IMG/VR virus record: IMGVR_UViG_3300042549_005585
Span: 1 to 64,000 of that record
Strand: one strand, 5' to 3'
DNA length: 64,000 nt
Origin: a virus
Part shown: positions 49,330 through 58,168 of the stretch, piece by piece
Layout of the letters: the number at the start of each line of letters is the position of its first letter
How positions within the stretch are numbered: position 1 is the stretch's first letter
Notes under the pieces: generated by a model
Databases searched by the model: none
What the model was told of the DNA's origin: nothing
What the model saw: only the letters and a program-made list of their open reading frames with translations
Made by a program: the position numbers and the translations under genes

Positions 49330-50517
49330 TTAATTTTTATCCATAACCACCATAGCTTGGTAATTACCATTTGGCAATTGCCACATAGCTTCATCTACTA
49401 TAAAACTACCAAAACTAGCTTGGTCTGTTTTCATTTTTTTAAAAATTTGAGTTCTAGCATTTGCACGAGCTGCCATTCTTGCTGCTGATTCTGTTTGTCC
49501 AACAGCTTCACCAAACGCTTTAGATGTAGTAGAATCACTATTATACCCACTCCATTCTTTTCTTATTTTTTCTAAATCTCTATCTTGAGTTCGTTTGCCA
49601 GGTATCATTACAGTTTTTGGCTCGTCTTGTTTCTTTTGTATTTTACTTTGAACAAAAGATACACCTTGCTTAACCTTATCTTTTAGTCCTTGAAAATTTT
49701 GCGCTTGTCCTGTTTTAGGAGTACCTAATGACATTAAAGTAATTCCGGCTCCAGCTAATGCTTGTTTCCAATTCATTTCTGTTATATTTTCTTTTAATGA
49801 TTTATCATCATTGTAATTCTTAACAAGGAAAGCATCTATAGTTGATTTCTTATAACCCAATAATTCACCCATACGTTTAGTATCTTCATATGATGCTTTA
49901 GAAGAAGCATACCCACCGTATCTATTAATTATATTAGTAAATTCTTTAGCATCTGCTTCAGCTCCAGGAACATACACTACATATACTTCAGCCCCTGGTC
50001 TTTGGTCTATACCTATTTTTTTAAGTCCGTTATCATTAATTATTTTAATAGTTTCAGCAGCATCAGATTGTCCTCTTAAAGCAATCATAGCTACTTTTCT
50101 TTTACCATTAACTAATGTTTGAACAGAGCCAACATTGCTGTACGCCTCAGATGGATCAATATTTTCTTTCATTTTATTTAAACGTTGTGTTTTTGCTTTA
50201 GATGCTTCTCTACGTTTTTCAATATAGTCTAAAGCACGTTTTAAACGAGATTTTACATCAGGATCTTTAGCTTTACTATATGCTGCTCTTACACGTTGAT
50301 GAATTACATTAATAATTTGTGATTTACGAGCATGTGGTTTAGACTTAAATGATGATTTTGATAAAGTATCTTTTATATCTTGAGTTGTTTTAAATTTAAT
50401 ACTTACAGTATCTTTTGGATTTTCATCAGTATATAAACGACGGCCTGATCCTTTAGGTTTTTTTCCTGTACCTACTTTAGGATCTGTTTCATTTAATATA
50501 TCTAATAACTCGTTCAT
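49330..50517 (-). CDS. three-module leader-bearing protein (ATG at 50517 preferred)
   Basis: MNELLDILNE; RRLYTDENPKDTV module; junctions MKE and LKENITE; internal hydrophobic segment. Confidence 0.65.
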   Translation of the reverse strand: MNELLDILNETDPKVGTGKKPKGSGRRLYTDENPKDTVSIKFKTTQDIKDTLSKSSFKSKPHARKSQIINVIHQRVRAAYSKAKDPDVKSRLKRALDYIEKRREASKAKTQRLNKMKENIDPSEAYSNVGSVQTLVNGKRKVAMIALRGQSDAAETIKIINDNGLKKIGIDQRPGAEVYVVYVPGAEADAKEFTNIINRYGGYASSKASYEDTKRMGELLGYKKSTIDAFLVKNYNDDKSLKENITEMNWKQALAGAGITLMSLGTPKTGQAQNFQGLKDKVKQGVSFVQSKIQKKQDEPKTVMIPGKRTQDRDLEKIRKEWSGYNSDSTTSKAFGEAVGQTESAARMAARANARTQIFKKMKTDQASFGSFIVDEAMWQLPNGNYQAMVVMDKN

Positions 50518-50518
50518 A

Positions 50519-50884
50519 TTACCATTTTCTACAAGACCAATATCTAGCTTTAGTACGTGGTCCTGGGTTTTTACAATTATGTCTAGCTCTAAATGCAGCA
50601 CGACGTTTAGGATTATTTTTCTTTATATTCATTCCTTTAGCGCCGAAATTAACTTTAACTACTTTGCCAGCAGGATTTTTAACATATACTTTAAACTTCT
50701 TAACATCACCTTGCATTGGTTTACCTAACGCTACTTTACGACCACGGTATTCAGCTTCTGTTATATCAGACTCATCTAATTGTTTAACGTATTCTCTTAT
50801 GAATTGAACAAACTCTTTAATATCATCTGCGTTTTCAACATCATATTCATCTATTTCATTAATATTTGATTCTGGTGTTTTCAT
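50519..50884 (-). CDS. basic protein with RR..FRARH.C...ARYWSC.W motif
   Basis: Acidic N-terminal part, ITE junction, Lys/Arg-rich domain. Confidence 0.75.
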   Translation of the reverse strand: MKTPESNINEIDEYDVENADDIKEFVQFIREYVKQLDESDITEAEYRGRKVALGKPMQGDVKKFKVYVKNPAGKVVKVNFGAKGMNIKKNNPKRRAAFRARHNCKNPGPRTKARYWSCRKW

Positions 50885-50889
50885 AGTTT

Positions 50890-51342
50890 TTATTTATTAA
50901 ATTTAACTTTTGCTTTTTTAGTGTTAGGTACAAATTGTTTTCCTTGTTTAGACCCAGCTATTTTTTTACGAGTAGTAGCGGCACGCTCAGCTTTAGTTAA
51001 ACTTTGAGCTTTAGCTTTAGGTAAACAACGTTGTGTTGGTTTACCTTTAGGCATTGAACCACAATCACCAGCTATATTTCCTTGAGTGTCAATTCTAACC
51101 CACTTTTCTTTATCAAACCAATTCTTTAATGACTCATTCTCAATTTCTTCCTTCCAAGTTTTTTGTTTTTTACCTTTAAACTTAATACTACCCTTACATA
51201 CTTTAACGGCACGACCAGATAGATAAGCAGATGATTTCTCACCAGCGGCTTTACGAGCTGCAAGATATGCTTTACCACGAGGGCAAAGTTTACTCTCAAC
51301 AATCTCAATAGCTAATGATTCAACAATTCTTTTTATGTCCAT
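50890..51342 (-). CDS. basic two-module protein (ATG at 51342 preferred)
   Basis: MDIKRIVE; LCPRGK..SAYLSG..VKVC; L..WF..EKWV..CG..RCLP. Confidence 0.7.
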   Translation of the reverse strand: MDIKRIVESLAIEIVESKLCPRGKAYLAARKAAGEKSSAYLSGRAVKVCKGSIKFKGKKQKTWKEEIENESLKNWFDKEKWVRIDTQGNIAGDCGSMPKGKPTQRCLPKAKAQSLTKAERAATTRKKIAGSKQGKQFVPNTKKAKVKFNK

Positions 51343-51343
51343 G

Positions 51344-51577
51344 TTACTTATTAGTTGGATGCCACCAATTGCAGCAATATTCATCAGCGGGATATGGAAC
51401 TTCAGCTTTATCATCATTCCATTGTAGCCAATATTTGTTATTACATTTGTTACCTTTTGCTACCCAATATTCACAGTTAGCACACATAGAACCACCTTTA
51501 GTCACCCTCATACCAGGCTGATGGTCAGCTGGGTATTCAATTGGTCCTTCTAGTAGTAGAGCGTCTATTAGTTTCAT
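51344..51577 (-). CDS. small Cys-rich protein with HiPIP-like Cys pattern and leader
   Basis: MKLIDALLLE; CANCEYW..KC..YCCNWW. Confidence 0.6.
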   Translation of the reverse strand: MKLIDALLLEGPIEYPADHQPGMRVTKGGSMCANCEYWVAKGNKCNNKYWLQWNDDKAEVPYPADEYCCNWWHPTNK

Positions 51578-51768
51578 TATTTCTTTTTGTCTTTAGCAGA
51601 TAAATAAGCGGCTACAGCCATTTTTTGTCTTTTCTCTTTAGACTTACCTCTAAATTGAGGTGCTTTAGATTTTTCAAAATCAGAAATGTACTCACCTGCG
51701 CCCATTGAGGGTTTAAGTTTTTCTTGAATGATTTCTTTTACTAAAGCGCGTAATTTACTATTTGTCAT
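51577..51768 (-). CDS. small basic leader-bearing protein (ATG at 51768 preferred)
   Basis: MTNSKLRALVKEIIQE; DFEKSKAPQFRGKSKEKRQKMAVAAY. Confidence 0.7.
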   Translation of the reverse strand: MTNSKLRALVKEIIQEKLKPSMGAGEYISDFEKSKAPQFRGKSKEKRQKMAVAAYLSAKDKKK

Positions 51769-51964
51769 TTTTGCGTTTTTTATCTTTGATTCTGTAATAC
51801 ATTTGTACACATAGCCATCCTATAGAAGCAATGTAAAATAATCCTGTTAGGATAGGATTAAACATTTGAAAGAATGTATTTAGCGCCGCTAGGCATGTTG
51901 TTACTAATCCAGCTGTATTTGCTTCAGGTGTGTTCACTGCATTTAATAATTTAAGTAGTGTCAT
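51758..51964 (-). CDS. small two-TM membrane protein, holin candidate
   Basis: Two hydrophobic segments and a basic C-terminal tail (RIKDKKRKNDK). Confidence 0.5.
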   Translation of the reverse strand: MTLLKLLNAVNTPEANTAGLVTTCLAALNTFFQMFNPILTGLFYIASIGWLCVQMYYRIKDKKRKNDK

Positions 51965-51974
51965 TTGGTTAACT

Positions 51975-52394
51975 TTATTTTTTTATCCAATGATATGTGT
52001 CAGCCATTGTCACTAATTTATATCCATCAGGTAAATTCTTTTCCATATATGTTTTATATACACGAGCACGTTTTTGTTCTGTGGGTCTAGCTATAAAATC
52101 ATCTGGTTGGTGTTTTTTGACAAAGTCTAATCCTATTTCAAATACTGTAGACAACACACGTAATGCTACATTCTCTTGAGTATCTCTTCCCATTTCCTCA
52201 ACAGTATTAAATAATAATTCATATGTGTTATTACCATTCCAAGTGATACCAACTGTGTATTTGTTTTCAGGAGTACGAAATGAATAGAAGTAGTTACCAT
52301 CATCATCAACAAAATCATATTTCCATTTATATGGGTTTTGGATTTCACCAACTTCAGTTAGTACTTCTTGTAATATGTTAGTTAACTTAATCAC
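51975..52394 (-). CDS. leader-bearing hypothetical protein
   Basis: MIKLTNILQEVLTEVGE; paralogous to 54251..54619. Confidence 0.7.
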   Translation of the reverse strand: MIKLTNILQEVLTEVGEIQNPYKWKYDFVDDDGNYFYSFRTPENKYTVGITWNGNNTYELLFNTVEEMGRDTQENVALRVLSTVFEIGLDFVKKHQPDDFIARPTEQKRARVYKTYMEKNLPDGYKLVTMADTYHWIKK

Positions 52395-52750
52395 TAATAT
52401 GGTTTTGTTAATTGAACGTTACCAATAGGAGTAAAGTTTCTTACTCCTTCAATTCGTTTAATATCGTTAACTATAGTTTTAAGTGTTTGACTTGAGAATC
52501 CTTTATATGGATGGGGGTCAATCTTTAGATTAAGTTCTGTCTTATAGAATTTAGCACCTGTAACATCTCCTGATGTAGGCAATTCCTTAGATGTTGCTAC
52601 TGTAACACCTGCTATAGAACGTATATCAGATAATATTTCTGTTTGTCCGCGGTTTTCAGTATCAGTAATTAAAATACCTCTAAACTTGTAAACGTTTGGG
52701 TTTTCCGCTTCGGATAGTAACTCCGCTAATATGGTAGATAATTTAACCAT
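52394..52750 (-). CDS. leader-bearing hypothetical protein
   Basis: MVKLSTILAELLSE; DIRSIAGV/DIKRIEGV internal duplication. Confidence 0.7.
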   Translation of the reverse strand: MVKLSTILAELLSEAENPNVYKFRGILITDTENRGQTEILSDIRSIAGVTVATSKELPTSGDVTGAKFYKTELNLKIDPHPYKGFSSQTLKTIVNDIKRIEGVRNFTPIGNVQLTKPY

Positions 52751-53157
52751 TAGTGTAGGTAGATTAACTTATATTTAGTGGATTCAATTAACGCTATAAG
52801 CTCATCAATTTGGTTCTGGATGTATGAGTCTTGTGGGAGCAATGGTCTGTTTTTCTCAACATACATGCAAAGTGCTTCAAAGTATTTAACTACTACATTT
52901 TCATCATATTCCAACACATCAGCCATGCCTTTGTATCCCTTTAATACACCGTAACGGCCTTGATATGATTCTATTAAACTGTCAACTAAATCAATGATAC
53001 TATCATAGTATTTGTTTAGTGCTTTATGAGCAGCGAATGAATTAGTTTGTAAATGAAAAGTGTGCGCTTGAGTACGAGAATGAAATAATGTTGAAACAAA
53101 GTTCGCCATTACTTCAGTAGGTGCGCCTTGAGGAGCCGTTGAGATATTAATATCCAT
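52750..53157 (-). CDS. ferritin/Dps-like protein (DUF5856-type)
   Basis: H..H.QT.SFAAHKAL..YY..I.DL.D.L.ESYQG.YG, QN..DE....YKL. Confidence 0.75.
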   Translation of the reverse strand: MDINISTAPQGAPTEVMANFVSTLFHSRTQAHTFHLQTNSFAAHKALNKYYDSIIDLVDSLIESYQGRYGVLKGYKGMADVLEYDENVVVKYFEALCMYVEKNRPLLPQDSYIQNQIDELIALIESTKYKLIYLH

Positions 53158-53205
53158 ATTTGTGAAATTTCGTATATAAATATAAATATGGAATAATGGA
53201 ATATG

Positions 53206-53787
53206 TTATATCTGTGTATCCCTGAATTTCTTGATGTTTTCTTTTAGTTGTTTTATAGCTTCATGTCGATTTTCGCCGCCACTCCACTGTTCAATATCAC
53301 CTGCTTCAGTAATAAACGCATCATCACGTTGATTAGCCCAATCATCTAGCATGGCTAGCATATCATCCATCTCAGCATTTTTGTTAAGATTAAGTAATCT
53401 ACTCTCATATTCCTTGTATTTTCCCTCAAGTTTCAGTTTAGATTCCATCCTAATCACACAATCTAGACACATCCCATGGATAAAATACATTTTACGTATA
53501 GTGTCACTATTTTTCATGGGTTTACTACAGTTAGGACATAGTAACGGTACTACTGATAGTTTCTTAATAGCGTCAAACTTAGTTACAGTTTGTTTGATAC
53601 CGTTTTTAATAGTCCATTTTCTACCATCTTCTTCCCATACTTCACCTTCACTATGTTCTACTACTTGTTTAGTATAACCAGATTGGATGCCAGTGGCGTC
53701 ACCAAATTTCTTAGTAAGTAAGTTTCTAGCACGGTTTACATCACGTTGACTAAATTCTTTTTTTAATGTATTATCATTTACACTCAT
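53206..53787 (-). CDS. hypothetical Zn-finger protein
   Basis: GEVWEE.G.KWTIKNGIK; CPNC...CLDC. Confidence 0.7.
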   Translation of the reverse strand: MSVNDNTLKKEFSQRDVNRARNLLTKKFGDATGIQSGYTKQVVEHSEGEVWEEDGRKWTIKNGIKQTVTKFDAIKKLSVVPLLCPNCSKPMKNSDTIRKMYFIHGMCLDCVIRMESKLKLEGKYKEYESRLLNLNKNAEMDDMLAMLDDWANQRDDAFITEAGDIEQWSGGENRHEAIKQLKENIKKFRDTQI

Positions 53788-54254
53788 AACCCTAATTCTT
53801 TAAGTTGTTTAATAGTATCTGCTGTTGATGTGTGGTGAATGCCAACGCCACCTTTAGCGTTCCATTCCTCAATAGTATTAGCCATGTCATCTATTAATAT
53901 TTTATTTTCACCAGAAAAATTTTGTTTTTCATGTCTTGGATATAGTAACAATGACTTATAGTCAGGTTTTAAATTCATTCTCACCCAAGCGTCTTTACCT
54001 ATTCTAGAGCTATTACTTCGTGATGGAGATGATAGAATATGTGGTTTATAACCTTTAATATAATCCCATAATAATTTTCCATCATTCATCCAATTCAAAG
54101 TAGCCCACCATCTTGGTCCTTCTCTATCAACAGGTATCCAAAATTGAGGAGTACTTGGTTGGTATTTTGATATGTTTAAGCCTGTTAACTTAAAATATCC
54201 ACCAGCGAAATCAACTAATACTCCATCTAAATCGCAATAAATTGTATAACTCAT
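53784..54254 (-). CDS. HAD-family 5'(3')-deoxyribonucleotidase (NT5C-like)
   Basis: YCDLDGVLVDF, ILSSP, K..W, ILIDD, W...GG.GI.H. Confidence 0.85.
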   Translation of the reverse strand: MSYTIYCDLDGVLVDFAGGYFKLTGLNISKYQPSTPQFWIPVDREGPRWWATLNWMNDGKLLWDYIKGYKPHILSSPSRSNSSRIGKDAWVRMNLKPDYKSLLLYPRHEKQNFSGENKILIDDMANTIEEWNAKGGVGIHHTSTADTIKQLKELGL

Positions 54255-54619
54255 TTTTTAACCATTTTTATTATATCGGGTCTGAAATAGAAATGATAGT
54301 CGTTAGGTGAAAAATTATTGTCTATAAATAACTTATACAACTTATGTCGACGCCCATCTCTGGGTTTGAAGGTAAGTGCTTTATATGGATAAGCCGCAAT
54401 AAAGTGCTGAACTATTTCTAGTATAGTAGCCATAACTTTAAATTGAACACCTTCGTTAGTTGAGTCTTCAAGTTTATCAACAGTTTTGAATACTACATTG
54501 TAGTCATCATTACCTTGATTTTCAAATTCAACTATATACTTGTTACCTGGGGTATTAAAAGTATAATTGTTAGGTGCTATTTCAATCCAATCATAACCAT
54601 GAAACTTTTTACCAACCAT
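54251..54619 (-). CDS. hypothetical protein, leaderless paralogue of 51975..52394 (ATG at 54619 preferred)
   Basis: YTFNTPGNKY.V, Y.VVF.TV, TNE.V.FKVMATI.EI, R.KLY. Confidence 0.65.
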   Translation of the reverse strand: MVGKKFHGYDWIEIAPNNYTFNTPGNKYIVEFENQGNDDYNVVFKTVDKLEDSTNEGVQFKVMATILEIVQHFIAAYPYKALTFKPRDGRRHKLYKLFIDNNFSPNDYHFYFRPDIIKMVKK

Positions 54620-54620
54620 A

Positions 54621-55925
54621 TTATAACTTAGCTTTAGCCAATTTAGTGTAATATTTTGGGTCTTCCCATAAATGATCAATAGCAATTTTAAGTGCTGTTT
54701 TCTTATCTTTAGTATGTTCCATTTCTACATTAAGACCTTTTTTAAGTTCTTGTTTAATAACATTAATATCAACACTATGATGCTTAGCTATATCTTCTAA
54801 ATTCTTGCCCTTACCAACACCACTTAAACTTTCATATATTTCTTCATGTTGTTCACCATACTTTCTTAACAACACACCAGCCATAGCGTTAGCTTCATTT
54901 TCTTCAGGTGAGCCTGTTAAGCCTGAATCAGGATTAAGTTGGTTGTCTTCATCTTGTTTACGGTGTACTAATTCATGAGCGATAGTTCTTAAAATATCCG
55001 CTGTTAATCTATTATTAGTGATAACTAATAGTTTATTACTAGATGGATTATAACCACCTAATGAACGCATATCCTTAGCCATACTTGAATCATCAAGTAA
55101 TTCTATTTGAGGTAGTACTTTTAATCCTAATTCTAACCTAGCAAAGTCAATAAATTTATGTATTGCTTGTTCTTTTTCCTCATTTTCATTTAATATTCTC
55201 TTCCACCAACTAACATCAAATGTATTTTCTTGTAATTCATCTACAGAAATATAATCAATACCTAATACACGCATTATATCATCAAAAAATCCTTTTTGCA
55301 TAACAGCATCAGGAAAACAATTCTTAAATTCCTCTAGTGTGTTAAGATATCCATTTCTAGCTTTACTAAAGTCAGTTGTATCTCTTTGTGTTGAACGAAC
55401 TGCGGCAGCGTATTGATTAAGTCTAACTATAACTTCTCTAACATATGTGCTTGAGATAGGAGCGCCATTAACTAAAAATTTCTCTTGAACATATAATGGC
55501 ATTACTCTAGTACCAAATGCTTTAGTAAGTGCTTGAATATAACTCGCATCATCAGCCTCACCAGCACCCAATGCAACATATGCTTTTAAATTCAAATCAC
55601 CATCAAATGCTTGGAATATGTCTTGTATTGGTGTTTTGTTATTTGATAGTCTAATTTCTATTTTTGGATTTGGGTTAGCTTTTAAGAATATATCCCAAAT
55701 AGCCATACTTTCATCAGGTGTGATATTGTCATTAGTTTTACTACTAATAATAACAATAATTTTGATTGTGTATGCTCTAGCGGCCAATTCCATAACAGAT
55801 GCATAGTGTCCCTTATGTGGTGGTTTGAAGTTACCAGGATAGAATACTATTCCCGCTGGGTTAGCGAGATTATTAGATTCTTCTTCTTTTAATAATGAAG
55901 ACAATGATATATAGTTAGATGGCAT
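54621..55925 (-). CDS. fusion: HxGH nucleotidyltransferase-like + HExxH zincin + DUF5661-like domain
   Basis: PGNFKPPHKGH...ISST.VR; TIAHELVH...ENEAN; G..VEMEH...IA.DHL.E.P.YYTKL. Confidence 0.75.
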   Translation of the reverse strand: MPSNYISLSSLLKEEESNNLANPAGIVFYPGNFKPPHKGHYASVMELAARAYTIKIIVIISSKTNDNITPDESMAIWDIFLKANPNPKIEIRLSNNKTPIQDIFQAFDGDLNLKAYVALGAGEADDASYIQALTKAFGTRVMPLYVQEKFLVNGAPISSTYVREVIVRLNQYAAAVRSTQRDTTDFSKARNGYLNTLEEFKNCFPDAVMQKGFFDDIMRVLGIDYISVDELQENTFDVSWWKRILNENEEKEQAIHKFIDFARLELGLKVLPQIELLDDSSMAKDMRSLGGYNPSSNKLLVITNNRLTADILRTIAHELVHRKQDEDNQLNPDSGLTGSPEENEANAMAGVLLRKYGEQHEEIYESLSGVGKGKNLEDIAKHHSVDINVIKQELKKGLNVEMEHTKDKKTALKIAIDHLWEDPKYYTKLAKAKL

Positions 55926-55953
55926 ATTGTTATTTTTAACTGACGATAAATAT

Positions 55954-56742
55954 TTACTCAGCTAATTTAACAGTTGTAGGTAACGTTTCAGTAGCAGGTT
56001 TAGCGTCAGGGTTTTCAAGTCTATATATCTCGTATATATTTTGGAATATCTTGAAATTAGTATCGATGTCACTAATATGTTTTAATTCCCAACCTTTACC
56101 TTGAACTTTCTCGCCTTTTTTATCTTCTCCACGTGTATTTGCTTTTAACCATATAATACCTGTTTCCTCAATTTTCTCATTATGTGTTTCATTCCACGCT
56201 TTAGCATACGCAGCTAACTGTAAATCGTACGAAGTATGTAGTGAATTTGACGTTTTAACATCCATTAACCACAATTTATCACGGAATTTAACAATTAAGT
56301 CAGCAGTTCCAGCGTATTTGTGTTCATCTGAGAATAAATGGTACTCAGCAGCCACTAATTCTGGTTTAAATCTATTCCAAAAGTCAGCAAATTTAAGTAT
56401 CATCTTCCATACATCTAGTGAATACTTAGCATTACCATACTCATCAATCCATGAAATTTCCTCACCATTGATAAATGATTCAACCGCGTTGTGTACTTGA
56501 GTACCTTCAGCGGCGGCTTTATTAGCAATAATATCACTATTATGCCCTACATCCTTTAACCATGAATGGAAAAATTGATTCTTAGGAAAATAATTCAATA
56601 TACTAGATACTGATGGGTAGTAAGCATCATTTCGTCTATAGAAACGTTGGTCTAATACATTTATTTGTTTGTTGTCTTCACTGTACTCAACAATCCTTTT
56701 AATCTTAGGATCCTTGATGATGTTTGCGTTTTTGTCTATCAT
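55954..56742 (-). CDS. PD-(D/E)XK exonuclease (Cas4/RecB-like)
   Basis: YPSVSSIL, EGTQVH, YAGTAD, DVKTS, QLAAY. Confidence 0.88.
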   Translation of the reverse strand: MIDKNANIIKDPKIKRIVEYSEDNKQINVLDQRFYRRNDAYYPSVSSILNYFPKNQFFHSWLKDVGHNSDIIANKAAAEGTQVHNAVESFINGEEISWIDEYGNAKYSLDVWKMILKFADFWNRFKPELVAAEYHLFSDEHKYAGTADLIVKFRDKLWLMDVKTSNSLHTSYDLQLAAYAKAWNETHNEKIEETGIIWLKANTRGEDKKGEKVQGKGWELKHISDIDTNFKIFQNIYEIYRLENPDAKPATETLPTTVKLAE

Positions 56743-57677
56743 GATAGTTCTATTTTTTTATATATTAATTCACTTAATGTTAGTTGTTCTGCTTTATGGA
56801 CTAATGAGGTAAATTTCTCAAAACCCATTTCAGATGGATCCTTATCATCTAAATCCACCAGATAAACGTCTTTACCCAAGTTAAGTAATTCCTCAGCGTA
56901 TTTCAAAGCATCCTTAAGAGCATCCTTATCTAACGCTATATAAACTGTTTTAACGTTAGTTTCTACTAGTTTCATCATCAATGCCTTAGGAATTGTTTTA
57001 CCAAATAATGGTATTACATTACGCTTAATAGCAATAGCATCAAATATACCTTCACATAGTATAACTGGTATATCCCAATTAATAAAATATTCTAGTCCAA
57101 TAATAGCGTTTTTATTACACTTAGGACTATCATACTTGCGTGATGGATCTTTTTCAAATGAACGAGCAATAAAATAATTAATAGACCCATCTTTATTATA
57201 CGATGGTACTACAATCATATTTTTGTAACGTCCTTCCTCACAAAAACCAATATTATATTTGAGAATATCTTCTTTAGTAATACCTCGTTTCTTAAGATAT
57301 GCTAATGCATGTTTAGCTGAAATATCTGTACGTTGTATACTGAGTAATGATTTGTATTCTTTGGGTAACTCTATTTTAGTAATATCTACTTCTTCCTCAT
57401 CCTTCTTATCAGTGTAGTTGAGTATAGAACGTAACTCAAGTATTTTGTCTTGAGGTACCTTAAGTTTCTTGAATAAACCAAGTAAGGATTTGCCTTTAGC
57501 GTTGCAAACCCAACAATGCCAAAAGTTCTCACCTTTGGAGTTAGGTACTAGATTAACCTCTAGTTTTGGCTTATGATGTTGACAGAATGGACAATGGTAC
57601 GCGTAGTTATTACCACTTGTTTCTTTTCCCTTACCCAACACACTATTTACTGTACTTACTAATGCGGCATTTAGCAT
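56739..57677 (-). CDS. DNA primase (Zn finger + TOPRIM)
   Basis: CPFC..HCWVC, YLKKRGI, LCEGIFDA, ALDKDA, KDPSE. Confidence 0.9.
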   Translation of the reverse strand: MLNAALVSTVNSVLGKGKETSGNNYAYHCPFCQHHKPKLEVNLVPNSKGENFWHCWVCNAKGKSLLGLFKKLKVPQDKILELRSILNYTDKKDEEEVDITKIELPKEYKSLLSIQRTDISAKHALAYLKKRGITKEDILKYNIGFCEEGRYKNMIVVPSYNKDGSINYFIARSFEKDPSRKYDSPKCNKNAIIGLEYFINWDIPVILCEGIFDAIAIKRNVIPLFGKTIPKALMMKLVETNVKTVYIALDKDALKDALKYAEELLNLGKDVYLVDLDDKDPSEMGFEKFTSLVHKAEQLTLSELIYKKIELS

Positions 57678-57681
57678 GCAT

Positions 57682-57713
57682 AGAAGTTAACGTCTTATTC
57701 CTGCGGGGCCAAA
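57682..57713 (-). promoter_or_regulatory. Bacteroidota-type sigma70 promoter for primase
   Basis: TTTGGC-N18-TAACTTCT, 4 nt before ATG 57677. Confidence 0.65.
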
Positions 57714-58156
57714 TCTTTACGGAAGAACTTGCCTAAAATGTTATCATTATAGCAATTCTCGGTATGTAGAACTCCATATACAATTTGATGATATATCTCA
57801 TAATATGTTTGTTGTTTTTTAGTATCACAGAATTGTAATATAACACGTTCAAATTGATCTTCACCTAATTGCTTCACATCCGCGAGTAATTCTTTAGAAC
57901 TGCCCCAATATGCTTTCCATCCACTATCTACCTGTTCGGTTTTAGTAGTTGACCTACGTCCTGGTCCGGATTGTTCAGCTAATTCTTTTTTGGTGAGTTT
58001 CTTCTTCTTGTTGTGGAAGAATGCTTTTTTACCTATATAAAACTTATTATTTGTTTTATTTCGGATAATATAGATAAAACCATAATATTGTGGTTCTAAT
58101 ATTTCTGGCCACTCAGCGAGTGTACCATCATCTAGGTAATGCAACCATTTATTCAT
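57695..58156 (-). CDS. GIY-YIG-like endonuclease
   Basis: GFIYII.N..N.KFYIGKK, YWGSS, F.R.IL, E, YNDNI. Confidence 0.75.
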   Translation of the reverse strand: MNKWLHYLDDGTLAEWPEILEPQYYGFIYIIRNKTNNKFYIGKKAFFHNKKKKLTKKELAEQSGPGRRSTTKTEQVDSGWKAYWGSSKELLADVKQLGEDQFERVILQFCDTKKQQTYYEIYHQIVYGVLHTENCYNDNILGKFFRKDLAPQE

Positions 58157-58168
58157 AAACTTTAATTA

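Noticed and set aside
55954-56742. Cas4 of a CRISPR system
   Set aside because: No Fe-S Cys cluster and no cas context; adjacent to primase, so a replication/recombination exonuclease.
57695-58156. Mobile homing endonuclease element
   Set aside because: Short, lacks a C-terminal DNA-binding domain and is not in an intron; kept as an ordinary CDS.
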